64,000 nucleotides of DNA from Camelus dromedarius (lineage: Eukaryota), in assembly GCF_036321535.1 (NCBI RefSeq), contig NC_087436.1, positions 66,404,001 through 66,468,000 on the forward strand. The letters are read 5' to 3'. The first letter of the stretch is position 1, and every line of letters begins with the position of its first letter. Of this stretch, positions 13,698 through 25,935 are shown in pieces. A program made the translations under genes and the position numbers. A model generated the notes under the pieces. That model worked only from the letters and a program-made list of their open reading frames with translations, was not told where the DNA came from and searched no databases.

Positions 13698-14327
13698 TGA
13701 TGCAGGAAAATGGATGTGGGGTGTGAAGAGGCCCGAGTCCCAGGTCTCGGCTGAGCCCCTAGGACGTGCCCCGCCAAATGTGAGTCCTTGGCTTCGCGCA
13801 GGAAAGAATTCAAGTGCGAGCCACCTCTGAGTTAAGGTAGATTTATTTAGAGAGATACATACTGCATAGAGTGTAAGGCAAGAGAAAGGCAAGGAAAGAG
13901 GTGTGGGAATTGGGTGCTCAGATTAAAGTAAAAGTAGGTACACACTTCATAGACAGAGTGTGGGCCATCTCCAAAGGGGAGAGAGAGCGCAAACGGCCAC
14001 TAAGCATAGTGTTGTCACTTTTTATGGTCTCAGTAGCCTCACATGCCTACAGGTGGGATCAATCCAACTGCCCTGGGGAAGGGGCTGGGATTCCCAGCAT
14101 CACCCATTCTTTGGCCTTTTGCGGTTAGCCTTGGGGCTGTCATGGTGCCTGCGGGCATGTTATTTGATCACGCTGTTACAGTGAGCACATAATGAAACTC
14201 AAGGCCTACTAGAAGTTAAACCTCTTAATCCTCAAGGCCAACTAGGAGGTGAATCTTCCACCATTTTGGTGTTAAATTGCTGTCATTCCTTGAGTGGCTG
14301 TGGCCTGTCCCCTTCCCTCCTGTCTCA
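13698..14327 (-). mobile_element. ERV1-class solo LTR
   Basis: TG...CA termini; perfect 4-bp TSD AAGC (13694-13697 and 14328-14331); minus-strand AATAAA (~13842) and TATA-like (~14022) motifs; CpGs retained. Confidence 0.85.
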
Positions 14328-16257
14328 AAGCCATCCTTGACTATCTCTGCTCAATTTCTATAACACACCATTTTACAATAAAATTAGCAACTTAAAATAC
14401 AATTTATATTATAATTATTGGTTTTTCATATCTGGATCCCTCAGCGAACAGAATGCAATGGCTTAACAATAAAATTTTATTTCTACTGTGACTATTGTAA
14501 ATGACTTTTGCATAGTGACAAGCAAATATGTGCTGGATAAAAGAATGCATGAATTAATTTACTAATAACTGAATGAATAATGAAACTTTAAAAGATGAAT
14601 GCATGCACAAATATATAAATGGATATAATAAATAGAGCGACTTATTAATTTGGGCTTTTAGGGTTGTTTCTGTTTTCTACTTCTTATTTGAAAAAAAGAG
14701 TTAGATAAAGATAAAGGAATCCTAGTTAAGAAGCTTTCTTAACATTCTTTGATTCCAGTGGTGTCTACTTTACTCTCCATATGTCCTTTTTAGATCATAG
14801 GAAATAAAATAAGTAAAAATCATCAAAAAAAACTGCTTAAAATTTAATCACCTGACATTTTCAACATATGTGCATGCTTTTGTGTGTGTGCCTGTATGTA
14901 AGTATATGTATATGTATAATCTTAATATATTGAGTAAATCTGAACAGAGTAACATATAGAAAAACAATAAGAGGAAAAAAGGCAATCATAATTACAAAAG
15001 GCTATTATTATAGTCATATACAGTGTTATAATACTTGTTATATCATAAAACAAGAAAAGTTAATATATCAGATTAACATTGTTTTTCTGCAGATCTGTCT
15101 TTTCAGAGGAGAAATAAGTCTAGCAAAAAATATGAACATGTTAAAAGGCAAATTTTGGATAGATTATTAGAAGATGATGAAATGTTTCTTTTTAATAAAA
15201 AAAAAATGTGTAGGGCACTACTTGACTTTTAATTCCACCTCAGCCTAAATCTGTTCACGTACAAACCTGGCTTGTTGATTGAGTTGTTTCATTAACAATA
15301 TGAAATGAGACACATGAAACACTTGGGAAAACAGTGAGATTTAGAAGCAAAGAGTAAATTCAAAGAGATGATTTGAAGGTTATATGGTGAAAGTTCAGTT
15401 TCTCCAACTAATTAGGGCTGCTGGGACTATTATATGTTTAGTTTCTAGGTCAAATTAAGTTTATGGCTTATTCTTTAACCAAATGAAAAATAAAGTTAAT
15501 AAATATTTTACAATACAATTATTTTCCCTTGGTAATCTGTCACCATTTATTACTTCCTTTTTCCTTTCTTTCTTTTTTTTTTTTTTTTTTTGGTGAACAG
15601 AAAAACAGATGGTTAAAAATTAAAGTAACTTGAACTATTTAATTTGCATATTTTAAATTTCCATTTTTAAGAAGTTTATTTAATAAATTTTAATATGATA
15701 TATCAATTAAATGGTGACTGTACTTTTATGATTAAGATCTAATTAAATTAAATTACGAGCCATAAATTCTTTGACATTCAAAAGACTTTGATCAAACAAA
15801 AAGAGGTTGTAAAAGAACTAAATGCAAAATTATTTTACCTAATAATTTTATATCCAGGGTTGACAATGTAGCAGAATTACCCCACTGGTTATGACAATGA
15901 AAGTTATTTTGATTCCACCACATGTATATATTACTTTTATGGGAATTTTACATTCCAAATTTCTAAGTCATTCTATTTCTTTTGTTTTTTAACACTTTTA
16001 ATTGTGTCAATGAACAGGCATGGAAAAAAAGGACATAAAACATAAATATGCAAGTTAAATCTTATTAAAACACACACTCATGTAACAACCTTTTGGGTTA
16101 CAATATAAAATATTACCAGAATTCTATCCCTGACAGATCTCAAAACTCTCTCTACCTGACAGAGATGAGCATTGCATGCCTTTGATAAATGCTTCTTTCA
16201 ACTACCTAAATATGCATTCTTATACAATGTAGCTTTGACTTTGCCTATTTGAAACCA

Positions 16258-17043
16258 TCAACTCTAAATGCTGGTGAGGATATGCACCAACGGGATCCCT
16301 TATTCATTGCTGGTGGGAATGCAAAATGGTACAGCCTCTTTAGAAGACAGTTTGGAGGTTTCTTACAAAACTAAACAAATTCTTACCGTATGATCCAGGA
16401 ACTGCTCTACTTGGTATTTACCCAAAGGAGCTGAAACCCTATGTCCATTCAAAAACCTGCATGTGGATGTTTACAGTAGCTTTATTCACAATTGCTGAAA
16501 TTTGGAAGCAACCGAGATGTCCTTCAGTACATGAACAGATAAAATATGGCATATCTAGACACTGGGATATTATTCAGCACTAAAAAGAAATGAACTATCA
16601 AGCCATAAAAAGGCATGGGGAAAACAAATGTGTATTACTAAGTGAAAGAAGTCAATCTGAAAAGGCTACAAACTCCAAGATTCTAACTCTATGACATTCT
16701 GAAAAGGTACAACTACAGAGACATTGAAAAGATCAGTCACTGCTAAGGGTACGGGTGAGGAGAGAGATGAAGAGGCAAAGCAGGGAAGATTCTAAGGCAG
16801 TAAAAATACTCTGAATGATACTATAATTATGGATATGTCATTATACATTTGTCCATATCTATAGAATATACAATACCAAGGGTGAACCTTAAGGTAAACT
16901 AAGGAATTTGGATGTCTATGTAGGTTCATACTTGGTTAAAAAAAAAAAGTACCATTCTGATAAGTGATGTTGATAATCAGGGAGGCCATGCTTGCTGTAA
17001 ATCTGAAACTGCTTCTGAAAAATAAAGGTTTTGTTAAAAAATA
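16258..17043 (+). mobile_element. L1MC1-like LINE-1 3' end (ORF2 tail + 3'UTR)
   Basis: aaatgctggtgaggat...ttcattgctggtgggaatgcaaaatggtacagcc...gtttcttacaaaactaaac...agtcaatctgaaaaggctaca...aataaa and an A-rich end. Confidence 0.85.
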
Positions 17044-20000
17044 CATTGGTAAACAAAATGTAATTTATGACTTTTACCATAGTCTATATTGAGGACTAAT
17101 TTGGAAAAAATAATGTAGTCCTGAACAAAAATAAAAGTGGAAAGGTAATTCCTCAGAGATATAAATCCTAAAATCACTAACTCAAAGGCAGGAAATAAAT
17201 GAAAATATTCACTTATTTCCCGAGCTATCTAGACAACTACCTACTAAAAAAGTAGCGGCTTCTTAAGTAACCCAGAGCCTCTATTTTATAAATCAATCTT
17301 CAAATAATTTATTTCACTCATGTAAAAAAAAGAAACTTTTAAGCATCTGGGTTCCTTTTTCTAAACAATCCATTTATTTTTATTTTATTTTAGAAATTTA
17401 TTCATGATGCTACTACAAATTTATCAGTGAGTCAGACACATCTTCATGTAGTTAAAATATGTTCGCCAAGATTTGTATAAATGCTTGCTGCTTTCAATTT
17501 TTATTGTTGATGTAGTACAGAATTCTTGTAAATATCAATGGCAATGCTGTCTCAAGGGAAAGACACACCATTAGCAGAAAAAGCATGTCTTAAATTTTCA
17601 GGGTTTTTAATACATTTTTGAAAGTCTATTTGCTAGTTTAAGTTAACTTACACTTAAAAAAAAAAACTAGATCAGAAAGATATCAATCCATTGAATTCAA
17701 ATCATTTTAACTTTGCATCTGTTAATTTTTAAAAATGACTTATTTTTTACCTACAGGGATGATCCTAGAATTTCAAAATCTTTCTTTAAATTTTCTTAAA
17801 TAATGTTAATTAAAAATGCAGGGGGCATTCTTCCAAGTTCCTAATTTGTTGAATTATACTAGAAAAAAGCATCAAGTATACTATTCTATTTTAGGTAATT
17901 TTATTTATTTTGTTTTGAAAGTATCTATTATTCTTAATAAAATATTAATTTACTATATAAGGTCTCATTTTAACTGCATGACTATGGAACCAGAGCATAA
18001 TACTAATTTAGGCATCAAATACATATTTTAAAAATGCATAGAATTCTGTATTTAAAAATAAATATTTTATTTAAGAGAAACCCAAAATGCTGCAGTATTT
18101 ATAGTACTAGATGAAGGCTTAATAAATCCTTTCAATTATTTATTATCTTAATCTCTTTAACTTTGGAAAAACAATGTAAATTGATAGGTGTTTTGCTGGT
18201 TACAGAGGGAAAAATATAAATGTATTTATAAATGCATCTATTTTTTTTTCCCAAAACGTAATCAGAATTATTATACTGCTATATATGTGACGCACTGGTT
18301 AGAAATTCAGAAAAAAGTTCCTTTGCCATTGGAATTTATATTAAATTGCTCATGTCACTTCTCGAAATTGCTAAGCCTTGGACTTTTTAGGATCTCTTTT
18401 CCATGTGTTGCCTTTGCCACCTTTCTAACACAGCTTAGATTCCTTGTAATTCATTTATGATACTGTTTTAATCATCTCAAATTCTCACTGATTTTTGACC
18501 TTATAGTTCTTACTCTTGGATTAATTCTTAATCAGTCTCTCTTCTTACCACTCCAGACTGACAGGTGGCTTCAGATGAAGGTGCTTAACTCTGACTTCTG
18601 AAAACAAACACCCCATTATAATTTCCAACCACCAGTAAACATGGAATGTTACTTACAAATCACTTTACTTAACCCATTCAACTCAACTCTCTTATATAAT
18701 TTCCATAGTTCCTATTCTAAAGTAGCCCGTCTCACCTGAAGTCTGTATTTCACTCTTACCTTTCTATGCGTCCAGATTGATCTTGTCATGTAACTAAAAA
18801 CAAGAAAGGACACAACAACAGAAAACTTATCAGGCAGAATTCATCTAAATGGCCCTCTTCTACTCCTCTTAACTGTGTCATCTATGTGAGCATCTTTCTC
18901 TGCTGCCTCCAAATAAGAGATGGGCTCATAATTTTGCCTAAAATGATTACGAAAGCCTCCATAAGAATGTAGTACTTGATAAAAGTTCCAGATCTTTCTG
19001 AATTTGCCAAAGGAGTTAGGAAAGAGGCACGAGAGATCCTGGAACATTCAAAGAATTGAACTATATGTGTATAGTGTGTCCTTTTGTGTATGTGTGGTAT
19101 TGTATCATTGTATGTGTTAGTGTATATGACCAATGGATTGGAAAGGGAATGAGGGTGTCACTAGGGTAGTCAGGATGCTAAAAGTTGGAGGACATTTGTG
19201 AGGATATAAAGTAACCTTGGGAGGGAGGCTGCACAATGCTTGCTTCAGAAAATGATTATTTCTTAGTGTAAATGGAGAAAGGGTGTTGAAGTTAAGATAT
19301 ATTTAAGAGGAACTAACTTTTCAATTGACCATGTGTGAAAAGACAGAGAGAGAGTAGAGTGTAGAATAAACTCCAGTTTTTCTGTTTGGGTGAAAACAGA
19401 TTTTTTGGTTTGACAGGGAATACAGAAAAGGAGAAAGATGAAGAGCTTGGTGACAGACATAGTATATTTGCAAAATCTCTAATGGCAAGCTAAGGATTGA
19501 AAATAGCCTTAAAACTTGACTACACTTCTTCAGTTTGAATTTTTCTTTGGCAGAGCATAGTCTGATTTCCAATCTAACTATTTTACTGAAACCAGAAATG
19601 CTCAGAATAACCAAGAAATCAAGCCCCCAAAATAACATGAGCATGCTCATAGTGACAGAAACAACCTAAATATACATTTCCAAGTTTGACAAAAAGTGAC
19701 AAAATGATAGTATTTATAGAAGGAGCATAATAAATAGATTTTCAACCTGCTTAATTTAATCAAATTACTTAATTTATTTACTTAAATTACTATGTACTAA
19801 TGACAGGAAATCATTTCCTATGTTCTTGTCCAAGTTTGTTTAGACTGTGTTTTTAAAAAAGAAGATGGAACACTGAGAGTCTCAGAAATTCAATGAGAGA
19901 ATTCTGTGACTACCTAGAATTAAATTTTCACCTGTTTTTCCATCACTTTATAATGTCAAATTTATATTTTAAGTATAGTTGGACAGGAGTGTAGAATTAC

Positions 20001-21299
20001 AACAGCCTGTGTATATTTCATTTAGATAGATCTTTTTAAATTTTCATACATGAGAATCCAATCACTACCTTAAATCAAAATAATTCATTTCCAGTTTTGT
20101 TCACAAACTGTATTTATAGATTTATTAAAACTTTATTGAGCATCAGTAGATTTGATTATATGAACTTGATTATGTTATATGAACTAGGGGTACAAGCTGT
20201 TTGGGAACGAGCTGGAAGCATAAAGTCAAAAATGACATCTTAAGTGTTTATATGGAATGTTTTGAAATCTGCTAAATGTATGTTTTGAAATTATGTTGAA
20301 GTAAAGTATATGTTAGTGGACAAAAACCTTGAGGAAGAGAAATATTATTTTAAACTTGGATTATGCACTGTTTATTTCTTTAAGAACAGCAATTTTGTGA
20401 GAACTTACTTACAGCCTAAGTTTGGAGTATACATATGAAACATTTTTTAAACAGTATTTTTAATGTAGGATTACAATAAAGACTGCTAAGTCTCAAATAT
20501 TTTGAAATTGCAAAACCTTTCTACTTTAATTAAATTTGTGACACTAAACATGTCTTGCATAGTTACTATTAAAGATAAGTGAATTCAACTTAATTGAATG
20601 TGTAGTGTAGGACTTTAGAATACTCCCATGATGTAACAGATATTGAGGGTATTGTTAAGAATATTGAACAACTGACTTGATACGGGATCTTCTAACAACT
20701 CAGGAGATAACAGAGAATATCAGTTCAGATTAAGAAATACACAAGTTAAAGAAATCTGTAAAAAGTGAAATTTGTATTTTGAAGTTTCCTTCTTTTTTAT
20801 AGATATACCAGAACAAGGCAGCTCTGTGAGGCTTGGAAATAAGATAATTTATTCAAAACTAAGAGTTTAATTGCTTTGAATTTACAGAGTACTTTAACAT
20901 AAATTATTTCAGGTGATTGTCACAATTCTTTCTATTTTCCTTAATTTCAATTGTACACTTATTGCACCAGATTATCACACTTAAAAATTAAAAAGATTTA
21001 GGGAAATTACTATGAACTTGTTTGTTCACAATTTTAAATTATTTTCAGCTGCTAAAATTAAAATGGTAAACTGATTCCTATAAAATTAATGACATATGTT
21101 TATATATATAATATATATTCTTCAAATTAATATAGAGCAATTATCTAGGTATGCTTAATCGGTAAAATCATCAACCAAGTCAAATTTAGAAAAGAAAGAC
21201 TAAAAATACATTTCCAAAAATAATTGTATTTTTACTCAACTGAGGTTACCTGCACAATAATCTTACTCTCTATTTTATGGAAATTTTTGGTCTTTAAAT

Positions 21300-21520
21300 T
21301 TCTGATTGGCTCAATGCAGAAGACAGATTTACCAGATAATTACCAATGACCATATTCATAATGCCTCCATAGATTGGCTTCGAAATGCTATACTTCCTTC
21401 GCTTGTTTTGGTGGTAGTGTATTGGCAAATTGTCTTGAACTCAAGGGTACAATTTGCATAACAATTTGCATAAAGGGTTTAATAAAAAATAAAATCAATT
21501 CTGAAGACCATTTGCATCTT
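21300..21520. promoter_or_regulatory. Candidate enhancer: 3 octamers (one in a Sox-Oct composite) + 4 CCAAT boxes
   Basis: ATTTGCAT at 21452, 21464, 21510; ATTTGCATAACAAT at 21452-21465; ATTGG/CCAAT at 21305, 21343, 21373, 21421; no repeat recognised here. Confidence 0.4.
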
Positions 21521-21804
21521 CATGATAAATTAGAAAAATTACATGGTAGCTGCACACCCCAACAATTAGAACTGGCATTTGGTCAGCATTTTTTTCACTT
21601 TGTTTTCCCAGGGGATAATTACCATGACCCAGGTAAGAGGACAGTAGGTTAAGTCCCCAAAAAGAGTCATTAAAATCTTAAAAACCTTGCTATTAAACAT
21701 CACTAACAAATAGAACCAAAATTGCAAAATTATATTATTAACTTTTCCGTATATATAATAAATAGCTTTTATTCAAAGATAATGCTCTATTTCCAGGAAA
21801 TACC

Positions 21805-21838
21805 TATCTATCTATCTATCTATTTATCTGTCTATCTA
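21805..21838. repeat. (TATC)n microsatellite
   Basis: Seen directly. Confidence 0.9.
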
Positions 21839-22854
21839 CGCAGATATAGAATTCTAGGATATACAAGGAAGAGTTTAAAAATTGTCATTGCCATTAATAT
21901 TCTTAAGTTAAAAATCTCTCAGTAGCAATTAAGAATGTCTCCAGTTTATGAATTAAAATATTAACTGTATATTTACCCATTATAAAATATCTATTTTCTC
22001 AACTTTTAATTACATATCAAAACCTTTCTACAGTCTTCTGTTACCACACAATAGTATACACAAACCCGTACGTTAAAAGATACTCTGAAATCAGACCCTT
22101 TTAACATAGCAAAGAAATCTGTTGCAAAAGTTCTTATCAAGTTAATGAGATTATCTAATATTCACATCCTCATTTGTCACATATGAAATTTGAAAACATT
22201 CATAAATAATATTTCAGTTTCCTTTGGCAGGATATTTTAGGAAGTCATCTTCCTAGAGTGACTTTTGGCTCTTGATATCCCATTTCTTCACTAGCTCTGT
22301 CATTCAGCTAATCCCTTTTGATTGACATTAACAATGAATTATACCACTATGGATTAAACAAAGTTGTTGTTGATTTAAGCAATTTTACTGATAATTCAGT
22401 AAACATAGGAAGAATTTTTAATCATTTATTCTGTAAAATCACATTCTTAAGAGTAATTTTTAATGTCAACTGTCTGAGCTTACAATTTCCCTGACCAGAA
22501 GATGTATAGAGATGAGCAAGGCAGAAATCAGAGAGAATAGATAGAATGAATATCAGATAGAATAGAATCAAAATAAATGATAAATGTATGAATACTAATA
22601 TATTTTAAATCAGTGAATGTGAATATAAAAATATTTTAGTAAAGATTAACATCTATATTATAGCTGTGTTTAGTCATCTGTTTTTAAAAAATCTAGTAAA
22701 CAGTTTTCATGGAATATACTAAATAATGGTCATAATTTTTGGTTAAATTATCTATTTCTGACATACTAAGTAGCATTTTGTATGCTTTATTATGTGGCAT
22801 TCATAAATCATAAATCTGATTGGAACATGCTATAAAAAATGATGGAGACACTGA

Positions 22855-23125
22855 AGAATAATGGTTAAGAGAAAAATACTCTGGAGCCAGATGGTTTAGA
22901 TTTAAATCACAGTTTTGCCAGGTACTAGCCAAGTAATCTTGGGAAGTTTAATTGCTCTAATTACTCTTTAATTACTTGTCCTCATCATCCGCATCTGTAA
23001 AAGGAGAAATAATAAAATTATATATACCTATTTCATAGGTTATTGTGAGGATTAAATGAATTAATACTTCTAAAGCACATAGAAAATTGCCTGAAATAGA
23101 TTAACACTATGTTAAGTGTTCGCTG
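22855..23125 (+). mobile_element. MIR SINE, near full length
   Basis: tggttaagag...ctctggagccaga...catctgtaaaa...acctatttcataggttattgtgaggattaaatga...aaagcacatagaa. Confidence 0.85.
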
Positions 23126-23149
23126 TGAGGATCAAGGCCACTTGCTGAT

Positions 23150-23535
23150 GAGTGGAAAGAACCCTGGAGAGTCAGGAGCCCTGGTTCCCAGGCTTAGTTC
23201 TACCTCTAAATGAGACATAGTTATGAAGCCATAGAAAAGCACTGTTTGTGCTTTGATTCCCTTGCCTTTAGAGTGAACGTTTTAAAATAGATCAGTGATT
23301 CTCAAACCTGCATATAATTATTATTTCTCAGGATTCTTAAAGTTAAAAACAAACAAAGCCATGAACATACATGAAATCAAGTAAATCAGAACTACTGGTA
23401 TAGGGCCCAGTCACCATCATCAGTGATTTAAAAAAAAAAAAAAATTCTTCCTGATTCTAAAGAGTATCCAGAATTTTTAATCTAACCTAGATGATTAATC
23501 AGTTCTCTTTCACTTCTAAAATCTCATAATTCTAA
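23150..23535 (+). mobile_element. MIR3-like SINE interrupted by MER5
   Basis: agtggaaagaaccctggagagtcaggagccctggttc 5' part; ctagatgat...ttctaaaatctcataattcta tail after the MER5 insert. Confidence 0.55.
23293..23484. mobile_element. MER5A/B hAT-Charlie MITE
   Basis: cagtgattctcaaac start; aaatcagaactactggtatagggcccag core; 8-bp flanks aaatagat/acctagat. Confidence 0.65.
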
Positions 23536-24685
23536 TAGTTTAATTTACCTGTGTGTCTTTCTCTTATAAAATGAGTACTGTATACCATATAGTTCTCACA
23601 GGAATTTGCTAAGGATAAACTGTTATAAAACTAATAATAGAGAGTAATAGATTCATTAAGTATTGTTAAATAACCTTATGTAAATGACAATGGTGTTATT
23701 ACTCCTGCTACATTCCCTGTTCTCAAGGGAGCTTAGTCATCAATGTAGACCACAAATGTTGATAAGTAACCTCTGTTTTAAGGTCTGGCTTTAATACATT
23801 TTTAGCTAGATATCGATACATTTAACCTTTTCAAAATAAATGTCTGAAAAGATATTTCCCATGGAGAGTATGGCTAGAACAGGGGGTAAAGTGGAGATCA
23901 GGTTCAGGAACAACAGGGAATACCGTTGAGTCATTCAGGGCAACACAGCAGAGTGCATGAAGGATAGAGGCTGTGAACAACCTTGTACTAAAACATACAG
24001 AATTTATTAGATGTGAGCTACACGTTTCAGTTGGTCAGTGCTTGAAGTGAATTCCTAAATGAGCCAGACACTGCTTCACTGTAAGTAGATTTCACAGCTG
24101 TTGCACGTGTGTCACTTGCACACATACAGTGCACATCTGGAGGTCTGAGCAAAGTTTTATATTAATAAAACTTTTTTGTATTTTTTATAATAAAATGATA
24201 GCTCATTTTTATTGAGTACTGTCTATATGTCAGGTGCTACCCTAAGCACTCCACAGGTACTGATTAATGTATTCCTAACAACAAATTCGCAGATCCATAT
24301 TTGTGCTGGTTGTCTGCTGGCATGTGGTTAAATAAAAATAGCCACAATGATTAATTTTGCATGCTGTTGCCATCATTATATACTGATGATTATGTGCCTT
24401 TATTGCTAAAATATTAACATTTTTCTTATTTATTTTCCCAACTGACAGTATACTGCAGTAAATGATAATAAAATATGTCTTCTACTGAGAAGAAAGATAT
24501 TTGCAAATATGAACTGGTTGCCATGTATATCATATATGCCACAGAATTTCCCCCTAAAAACAATTAGCAACTCAAACAAAAAAGTTAAGTTACTGACTCA
24601 TTAATAATCTGTATTTTCTTTTGTTTTGTGGACCAATTATGTGAATAGCCAAACAATTAACAAAGCCTTATGGTCTATTTAAAGA

Positions 24686-25186
24686 TGTAGTATAGAAGAT
24701 GAGAATGTGCCTCCCCAAAAGATGCCACTTTGGCATAAGGATTATTTTGAACTGAAGACAATTGAGAAACAGCAGACACCAAAAAAAAAGCTCTCTGCCT
24801 CGCCCACTATTTACCTAAGAGCAGGAGACAGCCACTGGGAGATGTCATGGAGAGGAATGTACATAACAAACCTTACTAAAGCCACTCTTATCTTCCCTAT
24901 GTGTCTACTCTCCCAGTTTGCCACCCCGAAAGCCTAATCTTCTCTTTCTTTGCCTCTTCACCTCTCCACAAATTGCATTGTTCTTTGTTAACATGCTACA
25001 TATATCTAAATTCCAAGCATCTCTCTGAGTCACTCCTCAATGAGTTTTCCCTGCATAAGTGTGCTCTGTACGTGTTAATAAACTCTGTTCTCCTATTGTT
25101 AATCTGTCTTTTGTCAGTATAATCTGCAGGTCCCCAAAAGGAGAACCAAGAAAGGTTAGAGGAGAACAATTTTTTCTTCCCCTATG
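24686..25186 (+). mobile_element. MER34A-like ERV1 solo LTR
   Basis: ccccaaaagatgccactttggcataaggattattttgaactgaagacaattgagaaacagcagacac...ttaataaactctgtt...gttaatctgtcttttgtcagt...tttcttccccta. Confidence 0.85.
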
Positions 25187-25699
25187 TAGGCTTAGCTTTT
25201 TATTTTAAGTTATGGGAAATTGGCTTTTTCTTTCTGAAAATGCTATGCAATTCCAAATTATGGAATTGATGCTTGAAATGCAGCTAGTGTTTCCTCCAGC
25301 TGTAGTTGGCATGCAGATTGTTTCTCAAGAGTAAGTACCATTGTTCTCTGAAGAACAGCCAGCCTAGTGTCTTAAACTCAGGTGGAGTGTAGTCTCTGAA
25401 CATCGTGGCATTTTTGGTGCATCCGTAATCTTGTTCTTTGTCTTCATGTAGCCTGTCTGGTCAGAGAATTTCTGTAATTCTCCATTAGGCAAGAGATGGA
25501 TCCATTTTCTACTAAGAATTTGATATAAAATAAATGCCAGAAATCTTCTGAAGCTAATAAAAAGTTTGAGATTTAAAACACATCCAAGCTAGGCAGTTTA
25601 AAATGATAGCACTGTCAGAATAAGCCTCGGGGACTGCAGAAGTGCTCTGTAATAACAGCGAGTATCTCAAAGTGACAGGGAAATAAGTGAAGACATTTG

Positions 25700-25935
25700 C
25701 TGTATTAGAATGAGCAGAAGATCGGGAAGGCCTAGATTTGAATTCTTATCCTTAATAACTAGCCTTGGAAAATTACCTGATTTCTCTGAGCTTTAGCTTT
25801 TTTACTTTCAAAAGGTGAGGTTCAGTAATTGATTGAGCCCAACAAATTAGTGTATGACACAATATACCTGAAGGTATCCAGCACATAGTTCTCACATGAC
25901 AGTCCTGGAAGTGCTCAAGAAACATCAGTTTCCTT
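25700..25935 (+). mobile_element. MIR SINE (degraded)
   Basis: cctagatttgaattc...ccttggaaaattacctgatttctctgagctttagc core. Confidence 0.55.
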
